This document shows, in pieces, positions 9,995 to 21,000 of a stretch of 64,000 nucleotides of DNA. A program made the translations under genes and the position numbers. Numbering within the stretch: position 1 is the stretch's first letter; each line of letters starts with the position of its first letter. The notes under the pieces are model-generated. The model worked only from the letters and a program-made list of their open reading frames with translations, made no database searches and was not told the origin of the DNA. This DNA comes from an uncultured delta proteobacterium (lineage in GTDB: Bacteria > Desulfobacterota > RBG-13-43-22), in NCBI GenBank assembly GCA_963790475.1, contig CAWBOS010000012.1:1024001-1088000 (forward strand), given 5' to 3'.

Positions 9995-10354
9995 ATGAAG
10001 GTATTGATTGTAGATGATGACCAGGCGATAGCCACTATAGTCCAGTTTTTGTTGGAAGATGAGGGGCATGAGGCAAAATTGGCTCTGAATGGGCGGGAGG
10101 GGTATTTGATCTATCTTCAGTTCCTACCGGACCTGGTGATTACCGATATCCAGATGCCTGAGGAGAATGGGCTCGAACTGATAAGCCGTATCAGGGAGCA
10201 TGATCCCCAGGTCAAGACCATCTATATGAGTGGTGACTTGAATCAGTTTTATCCCCTCCTTAAAAAAGAGAGGACAAAGTATCCCATTAACTTTTTGGAG
10301 AAACCCTTTTCCAGGAAGGAATTGATCGGGCAGGTTTCCCAGTTCGTCCATTAA
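9995..10354 (+). CDS. Single-domain response regulator (receiver)
   Basis: VLIVDDD, DLVITDIQMP, SG, KPF. Confidence 0.9.
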   Translation: MKVLIVDDDQAIATIVQFLLEDEGHEAKLALNGREGYLIYLQFLPDLVITDIQMPEENGLELISRIREHDPQVKTIYMSGDLNQFYPLLKKERTKYPINFLEKPFSRKELIGQVSQFVH

Positions 10355-10429
10355 GCAGACACGGATAAAGGACTCCGAGTTGGCCCAAAGGAAGGAAGCG
10401 GTTATGGCCAAAACAAAGAGGGTTTCCTC

Positions 10430-10460
10430 AAAGGCAGGGTCATTTGGTCCTGCCTTTTTT
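10430..10460 (+). terminator. Rho-independent terminator
   Basis: AAAGGCAGGG-tcatttgg-TCCTGCC followed by T6; near-copy of 5659-5689. Confidence 0.8.
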
Positions 10461-10617
10461 ATGCACATTCAAACAGTATGGAACGACAAGAAAGGTGGCC
10501 GGTTGTAATTCGGAGAGGAGGCGGGGTCACATGGATCAAGTTCTGAAATCCGAGAGCGGTTCCGTTATCTCGACTCCGCCTGATGGGCGGGTCGAGATAA
10601 AATAAAAAATTCTTTTG

Positions 10618-11106
10618 CTAATTATCTTTTTGATGCAGCAAGATTTCCCCTTCAAGAACAGCAATTTCATTCTGTAACTGTTGAAACCGGGTTCCGATGA
10701 CTATGGAGACGTTGGTCATAACCCGATACCCAATCATTGCGTTCGACTCGAAAACTTTTTTTAAACAGTCATTCTTAATTTCAATGAGTTGACAGCCTTT
10801 AGAGGAACAATAACCTGAAAGCCTGTATTTAAAGGGCGGAACAAAACTGGACCAGCCGAATACCTTTCCTGAAGAAATGGTGGCTATGGTCGTTTCTTTC
10901 GAAGAATGACCCCCCGGCAGGTCGAAACGCAGGTCCACCCCCCCTTCGATTACCGCCCATAGGAAGGCCGCATCTTCCCCATCGCTAAAGAGTTTTTCAC
11001 CCTCCTTAATGGTGATTATTCGGCAGCAATCGTTTACGGCATCGAGTTGTTGCTGATCCAGCCCTTTAAAAATCTCTACTTTGCCCAACTGGTCGATTTT
11101 GTTCAT
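10618..11106 (-). CDS. Cyclic nucleotide-binding (Crp/Fnr-type cNMP) domain protein, no HTH
   Basis: IFKGL, GEKLFSDGE, GKVFGWSSFV; GGAGG RBS. Confidence 0.85.
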   Translation of the reverse strand: MNKIDQLGKVEIFKGLDQQQLDAVNDCCRIITIKEGEKLFSDGEDAAFLWAVIEGGVDLRFDLPGGHSSKETTIATISSGKVFGWSSFVPPFKYRLSGYCSSKGCQLIEIKNDCLKKVFESNAMIGYRVMTNVSIVIGTRFQQLQNEIAVLEGEILLHQKDN

Positions 11107-11415
11107 AATGGCCTCCTAATTTCTCTGTTCATTAAATCTTGGAACTGTACGATTTGGGTAGACAAATGAATTGCGGCTTGAATTTATTGTAAGTCAGATA
11201 TGTTGTATGTCAAGGGGAAAAACTCTGATTTACAAATGAAAAAGATCACAACCTCCCTCCATCCCTTTGTCTTCCCCCTGTTTATTCCCTTGATTCTCTC
11301 TTTTTATTATTTTATATTTTTCCCATCAAAAGTAACTTCTTAGCCAATAAAATACGATAGGGGGGAATTTGATATTCTCTCTATAAAAAATCTTTTACCC
11401 CGGTTAGTTTTAATT

Positions 11416-11841
11416 ATGACAGTCCTTGCCCTCCTGAACGGGTGCGCCCCTAAACAGGTTAAGATCAATGAAACAGGATCAAGGATACGAAGTGAGATCG
11501 TTCGGGAAGCTGTTAATCTTCTCGGAAAGCCTTATAGAAGTGGGGCAAAGGGGCCGGACGCCTTCGACTGTAGCGGCCTTGTTTATTATATATATCAAAA
11601 AGTCAGTATAGTACTTCCCGGCATGACGGAGGGGCAAATAGAGTTAGGTTACGGGGTTTCCAACGATAGTGTTCAGCCGGGGGATCTTGTATTTTTTAAA
11701 ATTAGGAAGGATCTCCATGCGGGAATAATGATAAACAGGAATGAATTTATTCATTCATCGAAGTCAAGAGGTGTTGCGGTAGGTGATATTAACGAGAGCT
11801 ACTGGCGGAAAAGCCTTATTGGTTTTAGAAGTATTCTGTAA
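11416..11841 (+). CDS. NlpC/P60 (C40) peptidase lipoprotein
   Basis: Lipobox LNGC, GKPY, FDCSGL, GDLVFF, HAGI, FIHS; the true start may be slightly upstream. Confidence 0.9.
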   Translation: MTVLALLNGCAPKQVKINETGSRIRSEIVREAVNLLGKPYRSGAKGPDAFDCSGLVYYIYQKVSIVLPGMTEGQIELGYGVSNDSVQPGDLVFFKIRKDLHAGIMINRNEFIHSSKSRGVAVGDINESYWRKSLIGFRSIL

Positions 11842-11879
11842 GAAAATATTTATCGATACCCATTATTCAGGAGAACCTG

Positions 11880-13286
11880 ATGGCCAGCGATATTGTTGAA
11901 CAGCTTGATCCCATTTTTAAACCGCAATCCATAGCCATTATCGGGGCCAGTAATAACGTGGCTAAGTGGGGAGGCCGGATCATCAGTCAGATCCTATCCT
12001 CTGATTATCGGGGTAGACTCTATCCGGTAAACCCGAAGGAAACTAAAATTGCCGGGCTTACCGCCTATCCCGATGTCCTTGAAATCCCCGATCAGGTTGA
12101 TCTGGCCATATTTACGGTAAGGGCCGCCCAGATGCCGGGGGTCATGCAAAAATGCATAAAAAAAGGGATAAAAGGCGGGGTCATCATTTCAGCCGATTTT
12201 GCCGAAACCGGTGAGGAAGGAAAGGCCCTGGAGGAGGAGACGACCGGAATCGCGCGTTCCGGGGGCCTTCGATTTGTCGGTCCCAACGGGAACGGCATCT
12301 GGACTTCGGCGGTGGGCTTAAACGCCTGGTCGATGCCCCAGCCGCTACCGGGCGCCTTGGGTTTTATCAGCCAGAGCGGCACCTTTGGAGGTTATGCCAC
12401 CATGGCCGCTACCATAAAGGGGTTCGGCTTGAGTAAATTCATCAGCATCGGCAATCAGGCCGATCTTAAGATTGCCGATTATCTTGATTATCTGGTGCAG
12501 GACGAAGATACCCGGGTTATTGCCATCTATGCGGAGGGGATGAAGGACGGCCGAAGATTCTTTGAATCGGCGATGAAGGCTTCAAGAATAAAGCCTATCC
12601 TGATCTTCAAGGGCGGATCCACCGGTTTGGGCGCCCGAGCCACCCTGTCGCACACCGCGTCCATTGCCGGGGATGATGAAATTTTCGATGCCGTATGCAG
12701 ACAAACCGGGCTGATAAGGGTCTCAGAAATCGAGCACCTTTTTGTCATGGCCGAGGCTTTGATCACCCAGCCCTTACCTCGCGGTAAAAGAATTGCCATC
12801 GTTGGCAGCGGCGGACAAGGCGTAGCCCTCATGGATGCCTTGGCCTCTTTGGGAATTGATGCCCCTGAATTTACCGAGGAGGATAAATTAAAAATCAAGA
12901 AACTCCTGCCACCCCATGCGCCGACGCCTAAAAACCCGGTGGATTTTGCTGCCGGAGGTTCGGAAACGCTGGAGGAAGTCCGCGTGGCTGAAATGCTGGC
13001 TTCATTCGATTATATCGACGGGGTAATCACCAATGTGCCGACAGACCGGAATCATAGTTCCCCGTCCTTTTTTGAACAGAAAAAGGCCCTGATGACCGCC
13101 TTTGATTTATTCTGTCGAATTCCCAAGAAGTATAACAAACCGATCCTGACGCAAAGATGGTTTGTTTCGGAGGCGGTGTCTGAAATATTAAGAATCGCCA
13201 GGATCCCCATGTATAACAGTCCCAGCGAATGCGCTAGGGCCATGTACGGTCTGGTCAAGTATTCCGAAATCAAAAATAGACCCTGA
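11880..13286 (+). CDS. ADP-forming acyl-CoA synthetase alpha subunit (CoA-binding protein, no ATP-grasp domain)
   Basis: PQSIAIIGAS, GPNGNG, ISQSG, GNQAD, SHT phospho-His, NPVD. Confidence 0.9.
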   Translation: MASDIVEQLDPIFKPQSIAIIGASNNVAKWGGRIISQILSSDYRGRLYPVNPKETKIAGLTAYPDVLEIPDQVDLAIFTVRAAQMPGVMQKCIKKGIKGGVIISADFAETGEEGKALEEETTGIARSGGLRFVGPNGNGIWTSAVGLNAWSMPQPLPGALGFISQSGTFGGYATMAATIKGFGLSKFISIGNQADLKIADYLDYLVQDEDTRVIAIYAEGMKDGRRFFESAMKASRIKPILIFKGGSTGLGARATLSHTASIAGDDEIFDAVCRQTGLIRVSEIEHLFVMAEALITQPLPRGKRIAIVGSGGQGVALMDALASLGIDAPEFTEEDKLKIKKLLPPHAPTPKNPVDFAAGGSETLEEVRVAEMLASFDYIDGVITNVPTDRNHSSPSFFEQKKALMTAFDLFCRIPKKYNKPILTQRWFVSEAVSEILRIARIPMYNSPSECARAMYGLVKYSEIKNRP

Positions 13287-13371
13287 GGGTAAACCCAAGT
13301 TGGCTCGGTAAATAAGCAGACAGGGGTGATAATGCCTTCCGGAAGGACGCCAGAAACAGAAAGGAGCCAAA

Positions 13372-14718
13372 ATGACAAGCACAAGGACACAGGAACTTAT
13401 CCGCGCGGATAAAGAACACCAGGTCCACCCCTGGTGGGTAACCGGGCAGGAAATTACCAAGGTTTTCGAAAGGGGTCACGGCATATATCTGGTAGATACT
13501 GAAGGCAATGAATATATGGACCTGGCCTCTCAGTTAATCTGCTGTAATCTCGGGCACCACTGTCAGGAGATTAATGAGGCCATAACCGCGGCCCTGGATA
13601 AGATCGACTATGTGACCAACTTCTATGGGCAGACCAATATCTATGCCATTGAACTGAGTCAGAAGCTGGCCCAAATTACCCCGGGAGGCTTGAAACATTT
13701 CTACTACACCTGCGGTGGCTCGGAGTCAACCGATACCGCCCTTAAAATGGCCCGGGCCTACTGGCATTTCAAGGGGCAGGCCGGAAAGTACAAGATTATC
13801 AGCCTGTACGATTCTTATCATGGTTTGAGTGGGTATTCTATGAATGTCACCGGGTTGGGGGGCGGCCGGATGCATACTCCCTTCGGTCCGGCGCCGGCCG
13901 GCTTTCTGCGGGTACCCAGCTACTACGACTATCGCTCCATGTTTGGTGATGTCCCCGACAGCGGTCTTTTGAGCGCCCGGTTCATGGAAAAGGTCATCCA
14001 GCAGGAGGGAGCGGGAAGCATTGCGGCTTTCATCGCTGAGCCGATACTGGGTTCCGGCGGCCATGTTGTACCCCCCGAGGGGTGGTGGCCCATGGTAACC
14101 GAGATATGCCGGAAGTATAATATACTATTAATCGTTGACGAAGTGATGACCGGCTTTTGTCGGACCGGAAAAATGTTTGCCTCGGAGCACTGGGATCTCA
14201 AGCCGGATATCATGACCATGGCCAAAGGAATCACCGCTGCTATTCTACCCTTCGGCGGTGTGGCCTTCAGTGACGAGATCTATTCAGCTTTTGAAGGCAA
14301 ACCCTTCCCTCATGGCTTCACCTACACGGCGCATCCGGTTTGCTGCGCGGCCTCGATTGCTACCATAGACTACTATTTGAAACATAAGGTGGCGGAAAAC
14401 GCGGCTAAGGTAGGCCTGCATATCCAAAAGCGGCTGGAAAGAGAATTTCTGCCGTTCCCCTGTGTCGGTCTAATTGACGGCCGTGGTCTTTTCCAGGCTA
14501 TTGAACTGGTAACGGACAAAGGAAATAAGACGCCGATCTCTTATGAGCAAAATCTGGCGCTGATGCAGAAACTGCAGGAGAAGGGCATCTGGACCCGAAT
14601 CCAGGGGCCGGCTTTAAATCGATTGGAGATCTGCCCGCCCTGCATCATAACCGTGGAAGAGGCCGATAAAGCCCTCGATATCATTAAGCCCCTATTGACC
14701 GAATTCAAAATGAAATAG
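13372..14718 (+). CDS. Class III PLP-dependent aminotransferase
   Basis: GGSES, SYHG, AEPILG, IVDEVMTGFCRTG, DIMTMAKG, HGFTY. Confidence 0.93.
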   Translation: MTSTRTQELIRADKEHQVHPWWVTGQEITKVFERGHGIYLVDTEGNEYMDLASQLICCNLGHHCQEINEAITAALDKIDYVTNFYGQTNIYAIELSQKLAQITPGGLKHFYYTCGGSESTDTALKMARAYWHFKGQAGKYKIISLYDSYHGLSGYSMNVTGLGGGRMHTPFGPAPAGFLRVPSYYDYRSMFGDVPDSGLLSARFMEKVIQQEGAGSIAAFIAEPILGSGGHVVPPEGWWPMVTEICRKYNILLIVDEVMTGFCRTGKMFASEHWDLKPDIMTMAKGITAAILPFGGVAFSDEIYSAFEGKPFPHGFTYTAHPVCCAASIATIDYYLKHKVAENAAKVGLHIQKRLEREFLPFPCVGLIDGRGLFQAIELVTDKGNKTPISYEQNLALMQKLQEKGIWTRIQGPALNRLEICPPCIITVEEADKALDIIKPLLTEFKMK

Positions 14719-14723
14719 GCCGA

Positions 14724-15458
14724 ATGGTAAAAGTGAATCTGTTTATTACCTGTTTGCTGGACACCCTGTTTCCGGATACCGCCCAGGCAGTGGTTGACGT
14801 TCTGGAACACCGGGGAGTGACCGTCCATATTCCCAAAGGGCAAACCTGTTGCGGGCAGCCGGCTTTCAACGCCGGCTTTTGGGATGAAGCCAGGGATATG
14901 GCGCGCTACACGATCGATCTTTTTTCCAAGGTGGAAGGACCGATTATCATCCCCTCCGGTTCCTGTGGGGTGATGATCACCCGCCACTACCCGGAATTGT
15001 TTCACAACGACCCGGTCTACGGTCCCAAAACCCAGGCGCTGGCCGGGCGACTTTTCGAGTTTACCCAATATCTGGTGGATCATCTGCATGTTTCCAACCT
15101 GGGGGCGGCTTTCCCGGCCAGGATTGTCTACCACCCCTCCTGCCACACGTTGCGCGGGATGCAGATCGACCGCCAGCCTCGCGCGCTCCTGGCTGAAGTA
15201 CAAGGGTTGGAAATCCTATCCCAGGAGAACTCTTCAACCTGCTGCGGTTTTGGGGGGATATTCGCCGTCAAAATGCCGGAGATCAGCGGCCGGATGCTCG
15301 CCAACCGCATCGCAGCCTTCGAAGCCACCGGTGCCGACCTGGTGGTCGGTTGTGACATTAGCTGCCTGATGCATATTGAAGGAGGTCTGCGCAAAAAGGA
15401 CAGCCGGATGCGAACCCTGCACATTGCCCGATTGTTGGCCCAGGGGCTGAAATCATGA
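14724..15458 (+). CDS. lutA: L-lactate utilization protein A (CCG-domain Fe-S protein)
   Basis: LFITCLLD, QTCCGQPAFNAG, SGSC, YHPSCH, CCGFGGIF; first gene of a lutABC trio. Confidence 0.9.
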   Translation: MVKVNLFITCLLDTLFPDTAQAVVDVLEHRGVTVHIPKGQTCCGQPAFNAGFWDEARDMARYTIDLFSKVEGPIIIPSGSCGVMITRHYPELFHNDPVYGPKTQALAGRLFEFTQYLVDHLHVSNLGAAFPARIVYHPSCHTLRGMQIDRQPRALLAEVQGLEILSQENSSTCCGFGGIFAVKMPEISGRMLANRIAAFEATGADLVVGCDISCLMHIEGGLRKKDSRMRTLHIARLLAQGLKS

Positions 15459-16888
15459 GCACATCGCCGATATCCATCAAAGAGGGTGTAAAAAAAGCCC
15501 TGGAAAACCCGGCTCGCCTGGTGAATATCCAGACCGCCGCCGAAAGGTTTTACACCGGGCGTATCGATGCTTTAAAGACACTGCCGGATTCGGATGCCGT
15601 GCGCGACCTGGGGCGCAAGATCCGCGCCCACACCATCGCCCATCTGGACCAATATTTGCTTCAATTCGAGGCCTCTTTGTCGGCCCTGGGCGGGGTGGTG
15701 CACTGGGCCAGGGATGCCCAGGAGGCCGGTGAAATCATCACCCAGATTGCCTGCGCAGCCAAGGTCAAGCGCATTGCCAAATCCAAAAGCATGGTCAGCG
15801 AGGAAATCCAGCTCAATGCCCGGTTGGAAGCAGCGGGGATGGAAATTGTGGAGACCGACCTGGGGGAATATATCGCCCAACTCAGCGGAGACCATCCTTC
15901 GCACATTATCGCCCCCGTGGTGCATCTCAACCGAAAAGATGTAGGGCGCATCTTCGCCGAGAAGCTCAAGGTCCCCTATACGGAAAACATTCCGGAACTC
16001 AACGCCATCGCCAGGAGCAGCCTGCGGGAAGTATTTTTGGGCGCCGATATGGGCATCAGCGGCTGCAACTTTGCCGTGGCTGAAACCGGCACGATCTGTC
16101 TGGTGACCAACGAAGGTAATGGACGCATGGTGACCAGCCTGCCGCGGGTCCATGTGGCTTTGATGGGAATGGAAAGGATCGTCCCCACCATCAAAGACCT
16201 GGGTGTCCTGCTCCAACTCCTGGCGCGCAGCGCCACCGGGCAAAAGATGTCTTCCTATACCTCGCTGATTACGGGGCCGCGCCGGCGGCCGGAGGCCAAC
16301 GGGCCTGAAGAACTGCATGTGGTGATCCTGGATAATGGACGTTCAGGCGTCCTGGGGAGTGACCTGGCCGAAGTGCTTTACTGCATCCGCTGTGCCGCCT
16401 GCTTGAACGCCTGCCCGGTCTACCGCAGCATCGGCGGACACGCTTATGGTGCTGTCTACACGGGACCTATCGGTTCGGTCATCTCTCCCGCCCTGGGCGG
16501 TATCCCGCTGTATGCCGATCTGCCGCAGGCCAGCACCTTATGCGGCGCCTGCCAGGAAGCCTGCCCGGTTCGGATTGACCTTCCCACCCTGCTGTTGCGC
16601 TTGCGAAACAAAGCCATTCGGCAGGGGATCTCCCCCCTGTGGATGAAGGCCGGCATGAAAGGCTTCCGATGGGTTGTTACTGATGCCAAGCGTTACACCT
16701 TCCTGACTTCGCTGGCCGGGATTTTCGGCAAGCTCCTCGGCCAACGCTGGCTGACCTGGCTGCCGGGCCCTCTCGGCGGATGGACACGCTACCGGGCCTT
16801 CCCCCCTTTTAGTAAGAGTTTTCAGCAACGCCATCGGAACGTAAACAAGGCAAAAACCGAGGATGCCCCGCCAGCGGGACAAGGGTAA
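15455..16888 (+). CDS. lutB: L-lactate utilization protein B (iron-sulfur protein)
   Basis: KSKSMVSEE, ETDLGE, PSHIIAP, NEGNGR, CIRCAACLNACP, STLCGACQEACP. Confidence 0.93.
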   Translation: MSTSPISIKEGVKKALENPARLVNIQTAAERFYTGRIDALKTLPDSDAVRDLGRKIRAHTIAHLDQYLLQFEASLSALGGVVHWARDAQEAGEIITQIACAAKVKRIAKSKSMVSEEIQLNARLEAAGMEIVETDLGEYIAQLSGDHPSHIIAPVVHLNRKDVGRIFAEKLKVPYTENIPELNAIARSSLREVFLGADMGISGCNFAVAETGTICLVTNEGNGRMVTSLPRVHVALMGMERIVPTIKDLGVLLQLLARSATGQKMSSYTSLITGPRRRPEANGPEELHVVILDNGRSGVLGSDLAEVLYCIRCAACLNACPVYRSIGGHAYGAVYTGPIGSVISPALGGIPLYADLPQASTLCGACQEACPVRIDLPTLLLRLRNKAIRQGISPLWMKAGMKGFRWVVTDAKRYTFLTSLAGIFGKLLGQRWLTWLPGPLGGWTRYRAFPPFSKSFQQRHRNVNKAKTEDAPPAGQG

Positions 16889-16955
16889 AGTTCCGAATGG
16901 TTATTAACGAAAAATTGTTTCAGTTTAGCTTTTTGAAATTCAAATACTTTTATTG

Positions 16956-17114
16956 GACAGGATTTACAGGATTCCTTTTTTCGTGCCTTTCTGGTAGAAA
17001 GGCACAAACCGAATCGTCCTGCGGATTGTCTTAGTTTTCGCTGAAAGCGGATCGAAGTTGCTCAGGGCCTTTCAGGGCCTGAGCAAAGACCATATAAATC
17101 CTGTTAATCCTGTC
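16956..17114. repeat. Palindromic intergenic element with tandem-repeat arms and nested hairpins
   Basis: GACAGGATTTACAGGAT...ATCCTGTTAATCCTGTC arms enclosing CCTTTCT-ggt-AGAAAGG and TTGCTCAGG...CCTGAGCAA hairpins. Confidence 0.75.
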
Positions 17115-17139
17115 AGATAATTTTTTCCCTTAGGTAGGG

Positions 17140-17805
17140 ATGGAAATGAGTAGTGATTCCCGTCAAAAAATATTAGAGAACATCCGGGATGGATTAAAAA
17201 AATCCCTGCTGCCGGAGGCAACAGCCGAAGCGCCGGCGCTCGAATTTCCAGGCAATGCCGGCGGCGTGGATAGGTTTGTTAGTGAATTTGAAAAACTTTC
17301 CGGAAAGGCTTACAGGGTACGGACCCAAAATGAAGCCTTTGATCTGGCAATCAAGATCTTTGCCGAACGCGGCTGGAAACAAACGCTGATCTGGGAAATT
17401 CTCCTGAACAAGAATGCACCGTTTCGACAATTACTGGATAAGGCCGGAATTGAGGTTCATACGGTCGGGGAAACCCGGGATTTGGCGAAAGTCCGCGTAG
17501 GGATCACCGGCGTTCAGGCGGCCCTGGCCGACACGGGCTCCCTGGTGCTGCAGAATACTCCCGGTCAGCCGTCCTTTGTTTCCCTGCTCCCGGAGGTGCA
17601 TCTGGCCTTGCTGCGCGCTGACGACATCCATCCCAACTTACAGGCCTATCTGGAAAGCATCGATGATCTGAAACAGCAGGTCTCCGCCAGCAATAACCTG
17701 GTATTCATCACCGGTCCCAGCCGCACCGGGGACATTGAACTCACTCTGACCCTGGGTGTCCATGGTCCTGGCGAAGTGATGGTGATTATCTGGGAGAATG
17801 AATAA
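17140..17805 (+). CDS. lutC: L-lactate utilization protein C (LUD domain)
   Basis: ADTGSL, SLLPEVH, ITGPSRTGDIE, GVHGP. Confidence 0.9.
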   Translation: MEMSSDSRQKILENIRDGLKKSLLPEATAEAPALEFPGNAGGVDRFVSEFEKLSGKAYRVRTQNEAFDLAIKIFAERGWKQTLIWEILLNKNAPFRQLLDKAGIEVHTVGETRDLAKVRVGITGVQAALADTGSLVLQNTPGQPSFVSLLPEVHLALLRADDIHPNLQAYLESIDDLKQQVSASNNLVFITGPSRTGDIELTLTLGVHGPGEVMVIIWENE

Positions 17806-18016
17806 TCACCTGGGTTGCAGGTTGCGAGTATCTTATCCTTAAAAACAAGTACAAATAATGCTGTTTGGCTCAAGGTTCGTATCATTCCTTCAGTTCCCCA
17901 GGGGGGAACGAGACGATACGGTCGGGCCGCTCGACTTCGTCGAGCTTTTGAAAAGGCTCCTGGCCGGGAGCCGATCTGTCGATCTAAGAGAAGAGAATTC
18001 CCTAGGAGACCGTGAC

Positions 18017-21000
18017 ATGAAAACAGAGTTGTTGAAATCAGAAATTGGCTTCTATTTTCGTATTAAGCCTCTGTTTTACCTGTTCCTCGTCCAGGGATTA
18101 ATCCTGTCGATTCTCCTTTTCCTGACGGCCTGCCTGCCATGGGATCGGGGAGCCACGCAATTATTCTGGCAGATCGGCCGGCCCGATAACAACAACCAGG
18201 AATTTGCCCTGGCCCCGGACCGATCCGTTGATTATGACGAAGACGGATTGTTTGTGGTTGGCCAGTCTGACAGCAGGACGGATTGGCCTTTCGTTCATCC
18301 GGGGCCAAACGATCGGTGGGCCGGCGGACGAAGCCACACCTTCACTGTCCTTTTCGGAGTGAACCATCCCCCGCTTTCGGGCCATTGCCGGCTCATTTTG
18401 AAATTGATAGATACCCACAAGCACCACCCGCCGCGCTTGCGGGTGGTGATCAACGGAAAATCCTTTGACCGGGATCTGCCCTCAGGTACCGGAGAGGCCT
18501 CGATAAACGGGGAACCCCAAAAAGGACGTCACTCCGAGATAAAAATCACCTTTCCGGCAAACCTGCTTCAACAAGGGGATAATGAGATAAAATTCATTAC
18601 GCTTAGCGGCGGCTGGTACCTCTATGACTGGGTGGGGCTTTATACCCCTGTGAGTATGGCCTACAGGCCTCTATCTGCCCGCAACCAGGTGCGGGACATA
18701 CTATCGCATCATTTTTTAAGGGAGCAGGATGACGGGCGTTTCCAGAAGATACGATTCCAAATACGGCATATCGGTGAGCCCTCGCCTGCCATCCTGCGTA
18801 TCCAGGGAGTCCAGCCCAGAGCCGTTATCCTGCGCAGGGTATCGGAAGAGATCGAGATACCGGTTCCCGCCGTGAAACGTGAAAAAAAGGTCCGGGTTTC
18901 TGTCGAGGTCGAGGGAAAACAACTGGTCGATCGGGAGGTGATCCTGAGGCCTATCCAAGCTCTGAAAATTTTTATCCTGCCCCATTCCCACACCGACGTC
19001 GGTTATACGGAAATACAGACTACGGTAGCGGAAAAACAGGTGAACCACCTGCTGCAGGGAATGGAATACGCGGAAAGAACATCGAATTATCCGAAGGGTT
19101 CACAGTTTGTCTGGAATGTCGAGGTCCTGTGGGCGGCGGATTTGTTTATGCACCGTCTGTCCGCTGCTCAGCGGGTCCGTTTCCTGGAGGCGGTGAAAAA
19201 AGGCCGTGTGGCTTTGAACGGGATGTATCTCAACGAGTTGACCGGCCTGTGCCGGCCGGAGGAATTGCTGCGGCTTTTTCAGTGGGCGCCCCGCCTGGCC
19301 GAACAAGGTGGAGTCCCGATTGATTCGGCCATGCAAAGCGATATACCCGGTGCCACCTGGGGGACCGTCACCGCCATGTCAGAGGCCGGTATCAAATATT
19401 TTTCAACGGCCCCCAATTATTTCGACCGTATCGGGGAGACTCTGGTCCGCTGGGAAAACAGGCCTTTTTACTGGATCTCTCCCTCCGGCCGGGAAAAAGT
19501 GCTGGTTTGGATTCCTTATAAAGGGTATGCCCTCTCAGACCTGATAAAGAAATTGACGCCGCAATTTTTGGAGGATTATCAAAACCGCCTGCTGAGGCAG
19601 GGCTACCTCTATGATATTGCCTATATCCGCTGGAGTGCCGTCGGTGACAACGCCGGTCCGGATTCGGCCATCTGCGATTTCGTAAGAGATTGGAACACCA
19701 GGCATCATTCCCCCCGTCTGGTGATTGCCTCCACCCATACCGCTTTCCGCGCCCTGGAACTGCGCCACGGCAATCGGCTTCCGCGGGTGCGCGGGGACTG
19801 GACGTCTAACTGGGAGGACGGAGCGGGCTCATCGGCCCTGGAGACGGCCATGAACCGGGCCAGTTCGGACCGCCTGGCCCAGGCGGAGGCCCTGTGGGCC
19901 ATGATTAATCCCGGCGGTTTTCCGAGGGCCGCCTTTGATGAAGCTTGGCGTCAGGTTCTCCTTTTTTCTGAACACACCTGGGGTGCCGATATCAGCGTAT
20001 TGAATCCTGAAAGCGAAAAAACCCGGGAGCAGTGGGAAATCAAGCGTTCTTACGCCAATCAGGCCGAGAAACAGTCGCGTGACCTCTTGGCCCGGGCTCT
20101 GGAAAATCGGCAGGGAATGGGCCTTTTCGCTTCATCCGTCAAGTGGGCGGGTAAGGATAAATACCCTGAACCTTATCAAGAAATCGACGTATTCAATACT
20201 ACCTCCTGGCCCCGTACGGAACTGGTGACCCTTTCAAAGGATTTCCCCTTTCCCGGCGGAGACCGAGTGGTCGATGACCGGGGCAGGCCGGTGTCTTCTC
20301 AACGCCTGAAAAACGGGGAATTAGCTTTCATTGCCCGAGAAGTGCCCCCTCTGGCCGTCAGACGATATCGTGCTTCGGCCGGGACTCCTTTTGCTGAGGG
20401 GAAGGCTGCCGCATCAGGGACAGTGATAGAAAATGGGATCCTGCACCTAGGCCTGGATGAGAAAACCGGTGGCATCATTGATTTCCGGATAGACAAGGTA
20501 GACGGGAACCTGGTCGATACCGGTTCCGGACAGGGTTTGAATGAGTACCTGTATCTCCAGGGCGACAATCCGGCCGAAGCCCGACGGAACGGCCTAGTGA
20601 AGATAAGCGTCAAAGAATCCGGCCCTCTCGTGGCCTCCCTGCTCATCGAGTCCAAAGCTCCGGGCTGCCGGAAACTGTTAAGGGAAGTGCGCCTGACAGC
20701 CGGCTTTGACTATGCGGAGTTAATCGACACCGTTGATAAAAAGCGTCTGAAGGCCAAGAGCTATTATGACCGCCAGGGGAAAGAAAGCGTCAATTTCGCC
20801 TTCCCCTTTAATGTGGGCCAGGGCGAAATACGGATGGATATCCCCTGGGCGGTGATACGGCCGGAAATGGACCAAATACCCGGCTCCTCAAAAAATTGGT
20901 TAACAGTCGGGCGATGGGCGGACGTCTCCAACGACCGCTTTGGCGTTACCTGGATTACCCTTGACGCCCCGCTGGTTGAAATCGGGGGGATTACCGCCAC

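Noticed and set aside
17858-18016. N-terminal extension of the GH38 ORF
   Set aside because: No RBS at 17858. ATG 18017 has AGGAG and places the lipoprotein signal near the N-terminus.
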